DNA of 37,314 nucleotides from Octopus bimaculoides (lineage: Eukaryota). Of this stretch, positions 11,982 to 23,403 are shown piece by piece. Both the position numbers and the translations under genes were made by a program. The notes beneath the pieces were generated by a model that saw only the letters and a list, made by a program, of their open reading frames with translations, did no database searches and was not told the DNA's origin. Position 1 is the stretch's first letter, and every line of letters starts with the position of its first letter. The stretch spans positions 45,830,962-45,868,275 of the forward strand of contig NC_068992.1 in assembly GCF_001194135.2 (NCBI RefSeq), written 5' to 3'.

Positions 11982-12119
11982 CCAGACCAAAACGAACCTG
12001 GGATTCATGGTAACTGAGGGGTGATTCCATGCTCTCCATAACTCTAGAACTTCCAAACTGGATCCTCACTACCAGATGCAGTTTTATGTCATACACAGGA
12101 CAAATATATCCTCCTCCTC

Positions 12120-12245
12120 CTCCTCCTCATCATCATCATCACCATTGAGCATCTGTTTTCCATGCTGTGATAGGCTGGATGGCTTGACAAGAACTGGTAA
12201 GGCCAGAGGCTGCACCAGGTTCCATAATCTGTTTTGGCTTGGCAT
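12120..12245 (-). mobile_element. RTE-type LINE/SINE 3' tail fragment
   Basis: (CAT)n followed by TTTTCCATGCT...GGATGGCTTGAC...GGCTGCACCAGG. It is homologous to 13400-13690, 21125-21275 and 30935-31130, and on the minus strand ends in a (GAT)n tail. Confidence 0.7.
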
Positions 12246-13327
12246 ATATATATATATATATACATATATATATACATACTTGCACACACACATATACATA
12301 TTAGGAAAGAGTAGGTGAATCTTCTGTGAAGTGAGTACTAATGTGGTATCATAGTACTTGGCTTAGTTCAAATGGTAGAGGAACTTTCTAGTGAATGTAC
12401 AAAGTACAGAATCATAATACACTTCTGTGTTCTTAGCCTTGTGTTTGGAGATCGATCGTAAGAAATCAAGAAGTAAGGAATATGTGATGAAGTAATCTTC
12501 GTTCTCTTAAGAGACATTTGAAATATCCAGCTGTGATCATTAGGTTATGTTACAATAACTACATTTCATGTGGCACCGCCTACAAGAATATTCCTGAATA
12601 TTTCAGCCATTAATTCTGTTCAATTCGTTCGTTACATCTTCATCCAAGTTTTTAGAATAACATTTTGAAGTTGTTCAATAAAGAAGCAACATGGCAGTAA
12701 AGATTTTTGCTATTTTGTTACTTTTTTTTTTTCTGATTTAATATATTGGATAGTGAAAAAGGAAGGAAAGAAAAAAACAACTTAAATTTCTTCTAAAGAA
12801 TCTATCAAAGCTAACACTTCAGATAACAGATAATTATTTTCTTTCATACTTTGGGGGCAAACATTTGTCATGTATTTTATGAAAATACTCTTCAGAATAG
12901 AAAGTTGAATTAACATAATGTTCTGAAACTGATACTCTTCAGTTTCATTGCTCTCTCTCTCTCTTCTCTTTTTCAAATTACATTACTGCTGATTTTTCAC
13001 TTTATAAAATGTCTGCAAGCCACAATGTGGTGCATAACGAAATGCACTTAAATTCAGTGTCATACTCTTAGACATGTGAGAGTAGATTCTTTCTCAGGAT
13101 AGGTCATTAATCTCTTTCAGGCAGTGGTAAAGAGTTCCTTAAATCTTAGTGTGTAGCATGACAAAGATCCTCTAAGACTTTGAATGTGTGTGTGGTTTAT
13201 CTCAAGACTAATGAGACAGGTGAATCTTTTACCTCATCAAGATATACCACAAGAGCAGTTTAATTCGATATTCCATGCTAAAACCAGATCATCTAGAAAT
13301 TTGACTCCAGAAGCTAGAGAAGCCATA

Positions 13328-13367
<40 letters not shown>

Positions 13368-13399
13368 CACATACATACATCCATACATATACATACACA

Positions 13400-13690
13400 C
13401 ATATATCATCATCATTGTCATTTAACATCTGTCTTCCATGCTGGCATGGGCAGGATGGTTTGACAGAAGCTGGTAAACCAGAGGCTTGTACCAAGCTCCA
13501 CTCTCTATTTCGGCATAGTTTCTAATGGCTACACTACTTTGCAGAGTTGACTGAGTGTTTTTATGAGACACCAGCACTGGTGAAGTTACCAAGTAACTTG
13601 CAAGAACCGGATCCCTAAACTGAGAGGAGGAGTAGTATTGAGGGAGGTGGCTTTGTGCCAGGGGATGAGTAAGAGCTTGACAGGGGGATA
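13400..13690 (-). mobile_element. RTE-type LINE/SINE 3' tail
   Basis: CATCATCATTG...TTTAACATCTGTCTTCCATGCTGGCATGGG...ACCAAGCTCC, the same family as 21125-21275. Confidence 0.7.
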
Positions 13691-14941
13691 AAAACAAATG
13701 TCTTAGTTTAGGGGAGATATATAGTTACGTCAGTCAGAGTGAGAGAGATAGAGAGAGAGAGTAAGAAAGAGCAAGTATGCACAATGATGTAAATGTACAA
13801 GGATGTAAATGGAATGGTAAAGGATTTCCCAAGGTGCATGAGTAGGAAGTACACAAAAGTGCAAAAGGTTTGGAGGAATGGAGTAAGTGGTGAAACATGG
13901 TGTGTCTGGAGGTGGGAGCCGCTATATAGCAATGATAAAGTTGGTATGGGGAAAGACTTGCTGCTCAAGAAATGTTCTAAATTTTTATTAGGTTTACATC
14001 AACATCATAATAATTTATCTGACACAAATGTTATGAGAGCTACAAAAAACCTCAGAAAAACATTTCTTCTATATCTAAATAGTTCTAAGGTTGAACTTAT
14101 GAAAAAAAAAAAGAAATGAAATAGGTTTAAAATATGACACTTAAACCTCTTATGGTGCTAAGTATAACCCAGAAACTTTACAAATCCAATTCAAACTTTA
14201 AAATCCTTTTTCCCCAATGAAAAATTTCAAAGTTTCTTCTCTTACCATTGATTTTATGCTAAAATCAATACTATGTAATGTATGTTGTCCTGTTATGAAG
14301 GTTATGTGGCTGGCATCTGTAAGGCATTTATCAATTTATGGAACCTTACATTTATCAATATCTCATATTCTGTTCTCTGATATTTTATTCCACACTACTT
14401 TATAACTCTCTACTTCTCTCTTTTTTTCCATTTTTCTTACCTCTCCCTTTCTCTCTCTCTCTCTCTCTCTTTTCCCCTTTCTTTCTCTCTGTCAATCTAC
14501 CTCTTTGTAAGCTCTCACCTTTGTTTCTAAGAAATAAACATTCTTCAACTTCTTACGAACCTCATAATGCATAGAACCTGCTGCAGTTTGGTAGTTTCTG
14601 CTTGTTCTAGGGTTAAACCTCCAGTTATTGCATTTTTTAGCCAGGTCAGTCTAGATTAAGTTGATTGGTGATCAAAGCCAATCAAACCATGACCAACCTT
14701 GATGCATATACAAAAAATAATGTAACCCAAATTATTTTAATCATTTTATCCATTTTTAAGCTAGAAAGATGTGTAATTTGTGGAGGATTTGACTGCTGTT
14801 TCTGATATATCAGGTTACCATTTAGAGACTTCCATAAAGGTTTGTTCAACTACCCATAGGAGTGGGTGTGTGTATGACATCTCAACAGTATAAATGTTTA
14901 TCTGTTTAGTTGGAAATATGATTCTGGGATTGCTTGCTAAT

Positions 14942-15140
14942 ATTTCTTTCTTTATTGCCCACAGGGGGCTAAACATAGAGGGGACAAACAAGGGATTAAG
15001 TCGATTACATCAACTCCAGTGCGTAACTGGTACTTATTAAATCGACCCCGAAAGGATGAAAGGTAAAGTTGACCTCAGTGGAATTTGAACTCAGAAGGTG
15101 AAGACAGATGAAATACCGCTAAGCATTTCGCCTGGCGTGC
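14942..15140 (-). mobile_element. tRNA-derived SINE (family B)
   Basis: GTCGATTACATCAACTCCAGT...ATCGACCCCGAAAGGATGAAAGG...GGAATTTGAACTC; the reverse complement contains the B-box-like GAGTTCAAATTCC. Related fragments lie near 17190-17250, 21722-21788 and 24380-24460. Confidence 0.75.
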
Positions 15141-15179
15141 TTGGTGTTGCTCTTGATATCCTCGTTGTCCTTCCTCCAC

Positions 15180-15231
15180 CTACTACTACTACTACTACTA
15201 CTACTAGTAGTAGTAGTAGTAGTAGTAGTAG
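15180..15231. repeat. Perfect 52-bp palindromic microsatellite (CTA)n/(TAG)n
   Basis: Two 26-nt arms centred on ACTAGT (15203-15208). Confidence 0.9.
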
Positions 15232-15484
15232 ATATTCTTGTCACCACTATTGCTATACTTACTGACAGTGCTTGTGGTAACACTAAAGTTGTTAATACTA
15301 GTGTTATTATGACTGTATATTCTGTTATTACTACTACTGTTGTTTACTAGTATTATTATGGCTAATGCAGCCATTGTTTACTCTATTATTGCTATCTCTA
15401 TATAATAGCAGTAGATATAAATGTTGGTTGGTTGGTTGGTTTTTACAGTCATGCCTTATATCATATAGAGAGAGATACAGAAAG

Positions 15485-15524
<40 letters not shown>

Positions 15525-16699
15525 TGAGAGAGAGATAGTGAACATAAGAAGGTGCAAGATAAGTGCAAATACTTGCCTTGGTGGCAAGCAATGAGTAAAG
15601 AGCACTACACACACACTTGCATGCACGCATGCACACATGCACACACACAGAGGAAAATAATCATTAACAGAGAAGGAAGAGGAGTAAATGTCAAATAGTA
15701 GGTGAGTGAAGGAGAGAAAGAATGAGGAAGAAAAGCAAACAGTTCCAAACAGTATAACAGAGTGTAAATAATATAACAGAAATAACCATTATAAGACAAA
15801 GTGGGGGAAATAAAAGGGAAAGGTGAGAGAGAGTTGGGTGAGAAGATGAGAGGTAAAGGAAAAATATGATAAAAGGAAAAGACAGGTAGAGGGAAGAGAG
15901 AGAAATAGATAGATAGAGAGATAGACAGAAGAGAAAGACAATGATTTATAAACTTATTATGGAAGAGCTTAAAGCATATCATATTAGAAAAGTTGTTTGA
16001 AAAACAATGAAAACGGTGTAATAAAGACAAGAGTCATCAATTGAAAGTGTATTTCAGTTAGAAATATAAAACAATAACAAGTTTTATAAAGATGAATAAG
16101 CATAAAAATATCGTCATATATAATGTAAACAAAGAAATATGTTCATATAAGATAGAAATAAACAGAGAGGCATTCCGAAATATTTGTGTGTGTTTGTGTG
16201 AGCAGCATGTGCATTATTACAGACACATTCAATTATATAAACATATATGCAAATACACATACAACATATATACAAATGTACATTTACACATATACATGTA
16301 AACATATATATACAAACATTATATACTCACACAGACATTAATTTTAAGGTAAATATTTTTCTTTTGAAAACTAGTATTCATTTATCGTTTGTATAATCAC
16401 CAAGAAATTCTATATAAGTTAAATTGTAATAATTGTATGTATGCCAAATGTTCTGATATATTACTCAAGGTGGCAGAAGTATATTTCTAAAGGTACCCAT
16501 CACATGAGAAATAACACTCTAGTTGCTATTACTATCATTGGTATTAAAACTATTATGTTTGCTAACTCTATGTTGTTTATATAAATGGATCAGTTATTAA
16601 TACTATTATTGCTGTGAATACTGCTGCTGTTACTCATACTACTGTAATTGTTGATACCGATACGATATGAACAATAGAACAGCTTGCTCGTGAAATTAA

Positions 16700-16915
16700 T
16701 GTGGAAGTGACTGAGCAATCTACAGACACGTGTACCCTTAATGTAGTTCTCGAGGAGATTCAGCGTGACACAGAGTGTGACAAGGCTGGCCCTTTGAAAT
16801 ACAGGTACAACTCATTTTTGCCAACTGAGTGGACTGGAGCAACATGAAATAAAGTGTCTTGCTCAAGGACACAACGCATCACCAGGAACTGAACTCACAA
16901 CCTTACAATTGAGCC
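16700..16915 (-). mobile_element. tRNA-derived SINE (family C)
   Basis: Contains AAATAAAGTGTCTTGCTCAAGGACACAAC, the reverse complement of the block seen at about 35995-36020 and 32040-32065. Confidence 0.75.
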
Positions 16916-16919
16916 ACAT

Positions 16920-17180
16920 CTAATACACAAATACTCGTTGACTAATCCACAAATACTGCTATGCTCTTCCAAAAGTATTCTCTAGTGATCCACAAATATT
17001 CCACAACTGATCCCCAAATTCTCCACCATTAATCCACTAATATTTCGTAAATATTCCGCAAATACTCCTTAAATATCTCATAAATACTTTGTAATTAGTG
17101 CACAAATATACCACAACTGATCCACAAACACTTCACAAATGATCCCCAAATACTGCACAAGTGTGCCACAAAACTACAAC
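16920..17180. repeat. Degenerate about 22-bp minisatellite (consensus approximately ACTGATCCACAAATACTCCACA), about 11 units
   Basis: Recurring units such as AGTGATCCACAAATATTCCACA, ACTGATCCCCAAATTCTCCACC, ACTGATCCACAAACACTTCACA and AATGATCCCCAAATACTGCACA. Confidence 0.75.
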
Positions 17181-18038
17181 TTCTCTGCTGTGTTCAAGTT
17201 TGCCTTTCATCCATCTGAGATTGATAAAGTACCAGTCATGTACTAAATTTGATTTAATCCACTAATCTGTGTGTCTTTGCAAGATATGATATATTTCTGT
17301 TAATATTCATCTTCTTTGGGTAGACACAGCATTCCATTTCAGAAAAACACAATTTTCTTACCCTTTGGTGCTTTTAGTAGAGTTAGCTCTCTTGCAAGCA
17401 TCCAGACCAAGTCTTTAGCTTGGTGACTTTTGTGGCTTATCCCCAAATTGTTTAAATATTTTGAAAACACAGGAGAATATAGAGTCAAAGTCCCTACATC
17501 CATCAGTAGAGCCATACACTTGCAAAGAGTTTCTCAGGTAATAAAAATCTATAAAGGTTTAGGAATGTGACACATGACTAAATAAAGTGACTCTGGTATA
17601 TATTTGGTATATTATTGTATCAAACCCTGACCAATAATATAAAGAAGTATGCAGTTGGTTCTGGTAAAATTTGAACTCAGAATGAATAACTCAGAAACTA
17701 AACAGGAAAAAATTATTTAATCCAGTGTTCTTTTATATTTTCCATTCTTTGCTTCCTCCTCCACGCCTTATGTAGAAATGAATAAATAACTTGGAAAAAA
17801 ATACCTTCTATTTAAATTTTTTTTTTCAAAATATCAAATTATCCAACAATAAATAAATTTAAAATGGAGGCAGTAATTATGATTTGCCAGTGAAACCATT
17901 CTTCATTGCATGGAATCAATTTAATTTTCTTCCTAAATGCTACTGTTCAACCAACCTTCAAGAGGCGTTCCACAAAAAGGGGCCAATCTAACGTAGATTT
18001 ACCAATAATTCTACATTATTCATGGCAGAAAAAACAAT

Positions 18039-18749
18039 TCAACTCCTAATCATGGTTTTTCTGGTAGCTGCAGTTGTTGATGTTGTTTTAGCTGCTGAAG
18101 CTGAAGTCGTTGTAGTAGCTACAGTGGAAGTTTTAGCTGCAGTTGTTTCTGTTGTAATTGTTGCAACAGAAATTGCTAGTCTTGCAGTTTTAGCTGCTGT
18201 TGTTATGAGGGCAGTTAAAGTGATTGCACAAGCAGCTGTTCTTTTAGTTGTTCTTATTGTAACAAATGTTGTTTTTCTTGCTGTAATTGTTACTATTGCA
18301 GTTGTTGAAATTTGTTATACCTGCAATTGTTGCTGTTGAAGTTATCCTATATGCAGTAGGTGTAATTTTTGGAGTTGCTGTAGATCTAAACGTTGTTGTT
18401 GCATTTGAATTTGTTATACCTACAGTTGGTGTAGCCACAGTTGTTATAGTTGTATTCGAAATTATTGTAGAAGCATTTGTTTTTGTAAATTTTATAGTTT
18501 TTCTGCAATTGTTGGTGGTGTTGTGTTTGTTGTTTCATTTCTCACTGTGGCTGTTTTTTTTTTTTTTGGCTTTTGTGGTTGGTGATGATGACAGTCGTGG
18601 TATTTCTGATATTACACTTTTCATTGCTGTTGCTACAGTTGTTGTTGCTCTAATTACTTTTACTGCTGATGTTGATGACACACAGTTGATGTAGTTGAAA
18701 TTATAGTTTCTGCTCTTGTAGCAGCTGTTAGTGATAATGTTACTGGTGT
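18039..18749 (-). other. Thr/Ala/Ser-rich mucin-like pseudo-coding tract, or a highly degenerate trinucleotide repeat
   Basis: The minus strand shows 3-nt periodicity and reads as TATVRNETTNTTPPT, TNASTIISNTTITTVATPTVGITNSNATTTF and TTETTAAKTSTVATTTTSASAAKTTSTTAAT, but needs about 4 frameshifts. Confidence 0.4.
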
Positions 18750-20819
18750 TTATACCCCACCTCTCCCTCAGTATTATTATTCATTAATCCACATAGTTCT
18801 CTTCATAGTTTGCTAAAATGCCAACAGGAAATTTAAAAATTATTCTTGACCAAGTCATTAAAATTGTAAATCATAAAAGCATAATTAACAGAGAGTAAAT
18901 TGAAATGAAATAAAAACAAGAGTTACAGGAAGCCATCCATTTGGGTGATAATAAAAGTTAATGAAGCATATTGAAATACATTCAATTCCTAAAGAACTGG
19001 ATTAAGGAGTTTTGTGATAGAAATACATGTTATGGAAGTACCTTAGGATGGGGGAAAAAAACGTGTTAAAATACTTAAAGGCAGAAGACTGTGATGCAAG
19101 ATGATGGGAGTAAATAGATAGATGGCAGTTTATAGTGAAGAGTAAGGAAATAATATAAAGGGAAATGGCTGAATAGAGGGGGATATAGGAAGTTAGTGAA
19201 ATAAATCAGAAGCAGAGTTTTCTAGAGAATCATTTAAAATTGTCATTACAAACCAAAGGAATATATGTTCATTATTTGCTAAAATTTCAGTGTAAATAAT
19301 ATTAGAAAGTATAAACATCAAATTGGGACATAAAATAGAGCAGCAAGCTAATGCCAAGATTTCAACTTCATAGGCATCCCTCGCTGCCTTGCAGTATAAT
19401 TTGTAACACAACTGAGTGACAAGAAGGTGCTGTAACAAAACTGGCAATGCTATCGATAGATAAGTGAGGGTTGTAATGAACCCGGTGATATAACTGGTTA
19501 TCTTACAAGCAAGATCTAGTGGACCAGCTGCTCAATTTAGACTCAAAAGGTGATTCTAAGAATATTTTATATCAAATAATGTAGCTATTTAACAATACTA
19601 TTTTGGGGACTGAGATTGGTGAGTGTGTCTGTTTACTGCAACCCCTTCCCATTAGTTACAACACTGTGGCTTCAACTACATAGATTTGGATATAGTTATA
19701 TCACATGCTTCAGTATGATTTGGAATAGTCAACTTCACCTTTGAAGAGGATGAAACCTCCAGGGTTTCTAAAACAGGAAAATGGACAGGAAATGAGCAGT
19801 AAAATATCAGAGTATCAGTAAAATGTCAGAACATGCAATATGTAGATGTTTATGTATTTAATTAAAAAGAACAAACATAATCAATTGTCTTCATGGAAAT
19901 GTTTGCAAAATCGTTTTAAAACTAAGTATAATTTCTATAATTTAGCTGCAAAATGACAGAAATCAAGCAGAAAACTGTTGTTAAAATGATGTTCTATTTC
20001 CTTTCATTGCTTCTATTCTTTTTTTTTTATTGAAAGTTTTAATAATTAAGCAATGATTCAAAGTGAAATGTCTTTGATTATTCTACAGAGAATGTCACTG
20101 TTGAATATGAAGTACATTGACATTACTTTGATATCGTTCTGTTCTTTCATTAGATTCAAACCGGTTACACTGAATTCATTGGAAGAATTATTTTAATGGC
20201 TCCTTTCAAAATATCAGCATTTGACACAAAAGCCACACTGCAAAATGTTTTATTATAAAACAGCCACACTAGCAACTACTACAACAACAGCAACCAGAAT
20301 TGAAAGAAAAGCAACAGCAAACATAAAAGAGCAATATCAACAAAAATGCTGAGAATAATGACAGCAATAACAACAGTAACAGCAATAACAACAAACACTC
20401 TGTAACTTAATTGTTGTTTGTAAGAAACATGCGGACGTGAGTGAAAATAATTAAAATACAAACAAAATAACAGCATAAAAATACATAGAGTGAGGATGTA
20501 AATGAAAGGTGTACAAAGTTTTAAAACAGACGAACTCCTGGTTCTGTTCTCATCAGAAGTTTACAAGAAATTTAGGGAGAAATTCCCTATGGATATATGA
20601 CCATTCAGTAAAATTCCCAACAACTAAAATTACGAAAAGTTTCCTTTAGCAGTATAAATAGGCTTCTCTTTTCAAACATGCCTGGAGGTACACTGGATGA
20701 TTGATCATTTACTAGATGACCTCAAGTTACTAAATTTAGAGGAAATAGCCCTTAGCCCTGAAATAAACCAGAGTTTTGGGGTTGCATGTACTCGGTATTT
20801 TTAAATCACTATCAGAGTT

Positions 20820-20915
20820 AAACTTCTTGTGTACCTTCTAAACTATTTACTAAAGTCAAACCCTTTGTGTTCCTTCTAAACTACTCATTAGTTTGAAACC
20901 TCTTGTAATCTTTTT
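20820..20915. repeat. Degenerate 38-bp tandem repeat, about 2.5 copies
   Basis: AAACTTCTTGTGTACCTTCTAAACTATTTACTAAAGTC, then AAACCCTTTGTGTTCCTTCTAAACTACTCATTAGTTTG, then AAACCTCTTGT. Confidence 0.7.
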
Positions 20916-21124
20916 ATATCACATACTAGGTTCTAAATTCCTTTTTCTCTTTCTAAAGCACCAGATAAAACTGTTATTTTTCAGACTGTAGATCTGAGGT
21001 AACAGTATTGGTAATGTCTTAATTTTGGTGCTCATTTATGTCCCAAGAGCTCTCAGATAAGCAGATTTCTACATGGACATGGAAATGTTCTTAGTAACAT
21101 TCGTCTTTCTAGAGTTAGTGCATG

Positions 21125-21275
21125 GATGGAATCATATCATCATCATCATCGTCGTCGTCGTTTAACGTCCGCTTTCCATGCTAGCATGGGTTGGACTGAG
21201 GACTGGCAAGCCAGTTGGCTGCACCAGGCTCCAATCTGATCTGGCAGAGTTTCTACAGCTGGATGCCCTTCCTAA
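21125..21275 (-). mobile_element. RTE-type LINE/SINE 3' tail
   Basis: (CAT)n(CGT)n followed by TTTAACGTCCGCTTTCCATGCTAGCATGGGTTGGA...GGATGCCCTTCCTAA. It is the least degraded copy of this family in the window. Confidence 0.8.
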
Positions 21276-21788
21276 TTTGGATTGTGCCCGAGTAGCATGC
21301 AGAGGGGTTAGGCTGTGGAAGGCTTTTAGCACTACCAATTCTTTTCTTTCTTAACTTTCAAATGGATTTATACAAAATAGTAGTGTGGACTTTTTCAAAC
21401 CATAGCACGTGATGTAGGTTGTATTTGTATAGTTTTCATAAAGTTAACAGATAGACACAGCATCAGATGTTCACAACTAATTTAGTAACAATTAAGTGGG
21501 GAATTATACTCAGCAAAACTCAACTGAGAGAGCAGTTAGGATAGATGTTCTAGTAGAATGGAGAAGAGACTAATAAGTAAGTTCTTAGAAGGCTTAAAGT
21601 AATAATATCACATCTAGAAAACGGAAAAAAAGGAATATCTCAAGATGCTAGGTAGTGCAGTGAAAGCATGTAATAAATATGAGAGAAGTGAAAATTTATA
21701 ATGATAATAATAATAATAATCATTTCTTCTTTAGGCACAAAGCCTGAAACTTTGGTGCATAAGGGACTTGTCGATTACATTGACCCCA

Positions 21789-21809
21789 ATAATAATAATA
21801 ATAATGATG

Positions 21810-21882
<73 letters not shown>
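21789..21882. repeat. (AAT)n microsatellite
   Basis: Direct reading. It follows a SINE fragment at 21722-21788. Confidence 0.95.
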
Positions 21883-21884
<2 letters not shown>

Positions 21885-22051
21885 TTTATTCGAAGAGAAA
21901 GTCTGTAAAAAATATATAACAGTAATCGATGTATTAATATCTGTAGTTGAAAATCTCCAATATAGTTGAGTAATTTATTTCCAAGTTCAGTGAAAATTAT
22001 ACCGGAACAATTTGTTTTGTTTATAGAGAGTGATTATGCCAATATTATTAC

Positions 22052-22271
22052 CACACACACTAGTCCAATTCCACTCCTTTACTATTAGTCAATTGGTTAA
22101 ATATCTAACTAATAGATTGATGAATTTGATTAAACAGTGAGTCATTTGTTTTGTTTTGTTTCTCAAAGCTCTTTTGTTGTTACTTGCAAATTAAACACAC
22201 AATTGATTAGTTAGTTGAATATTTAACCAGTTGTCTATTAATAAAGGAGTGGAATCGAACCAGTGCATGTG
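22052..22271. repeat. Imperfect inverted repeat (about 70-bp arms, about 80-bp spacer)
   Basis: CACACACTAGTCCAATTCCACTCCTTTACTATTAGTCAATTGGTTAAATAT pairs with ATATTTAACCAGTTGTCTATTAATAAAGGAGTGGAATCGAACCAGTGCATGTG. Confidence 0.8.
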
Positions 22272-22542
22272 TTAATGAACTTTGCCTGATGACTCTCCCT
22301 AGACACAGCAAAATTTGTTTCGAAACACAAATTCACATAAAGAATCTTGCAAAAACGAAATCAATAGTATATTTTCTATTTAGATACAGAAATTATATAT
22401 TTTCTTGAAATATTGTTTAAGTTTGAGTTAGCTAAAAAGAAAATAAATAAAAAAACGTCCTTTGATTCATATTGTTTACAAGGATTGTATTTTTAATGAG
22501 AAAGCAGTATATCCTTCCTAAAAAGCTGTTTAGAGATAAATG

Positions 22543-22747
22543 ATATAAGGTATACCTACAATTTTAGCTGCTCTGCAAAATGTGAACAAGTGCAAACAAA
22601 TAATTCTATCTCCCATTGGCAGAAAAATTTGGGATTGTTTAGGACAAAGGCAAATTTTTCTGCCTACATCAAGATTCAGGCATACAAGCATTTGTTTACA
22701 CTTGTTTACATTTTGTAGTGAGGCAAAAATAGAAATATACCTTATAT
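22543..22747. mobile_element. MITE-like imperfect palindrome (about 205 bp)
   Basis: Nested arms: ATATAAGGTATA/TATACCTTATAT, TGCAAAATGTGAACAAGTGCAAACAAAT/ATTTGTTTACACTTGTTTACATTTTGTA and GGCAGAAAAATTT/AAATTTTTCTGCC. The foldback is directly visible; the MITE identity is inferred. Confidence 0.6.
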
Positions 22748-22887
22748 TAAACAATTTTAAATTAATAAACAAGCATACATAATACACACACAAGTCGTTA
22801 AACTTTTAACAAAAATGAAAAGAGAATTTAATACACACTTTAAGACATTAATTGTTATGAAGACAAGTTTTGAGATGTCACTATAAA

Positions 22888-23403
22888 TTATTTTTGTTTA
22901 AGTTCACCCTCTGCATTCATGACTGCTTAAATATATACGGCAAGCTGACTATTGGAAATTCGCAATATTCCTACAAAATTTCTTTAATATATACATCCTT
23001 GACAGTCTCTACTGAAGTTTTTTATACCGGATGATTATTTGTCAGCAATATTATTTTCACATATTCCACAAACTTTCAAAGCAATTGAGGTCAGGGCCAT
23101 TTCCAGGCCATTTAAGCATTGTGAAATTGGCCATTTTTTTAGGAATATTTATACAATCTTTATTTTGTGTCATGGAGCACAAAATTTTTGCTTGGGCATC
23201 AAGTGTAAGACATTTCTTTCAAAGGCTTCCAGTATTCTGAACATAGATGGTTATCTTCAAGACTTAATTCCAAAGTGCTCAGAGTTTGAGGTGGTTGACC
23301 CTGATCAAAGAAGATTGCTTTATAATTAATTAACCTTATAGGGTTGATTATCTTCTTCAAAAGTGTCCTTGAATAAATTTCGCAAGCAGAATTTGGAATA
23401 GTC
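22888..23403 (-). mobile_element. Degraded Tc1-like transposase DDE and C-terminal region
   Basis: The minus strand gives DYSKFC (cf. DESKF), CAP*HK (cf. DGAPCH), KWPGNGPDLNCFESLW (cf. WPGNSPDLNPIENLW) and *AVMNAEG (cf. QAVIxAKG), in order, with stops and frameshifts. Confidence 0.75.

Noticed and set aside
11878-12096. 72-aa minus-strand ORF (..ESQVRFGLECVKEEG..)
   Set aside because: It is antisense to the transposase remnant and adjacent repeat sequence.
12691-12741. ATG in good Kozak-like context giving signal-peptide-like MAVKIFAILLLFFFLI*
   Set aside because: Only 16 codons, hydrophobicity comes from a poly-T run, and there is no plausible donor site.
18022-18694. Val/Ala-rich plus-strand ORFs of 105 and 135 aa that look membrane-like
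   Set aside because: They are the antisense reading of the Thr-rich periodic tract.
19193-19447. 84-aa minus-strand ORF with a good acceptor (HLLVTQLCYKLYCKAARDAYEVEIL)
   Set aside because: No recognisable domain and no clear donor site.
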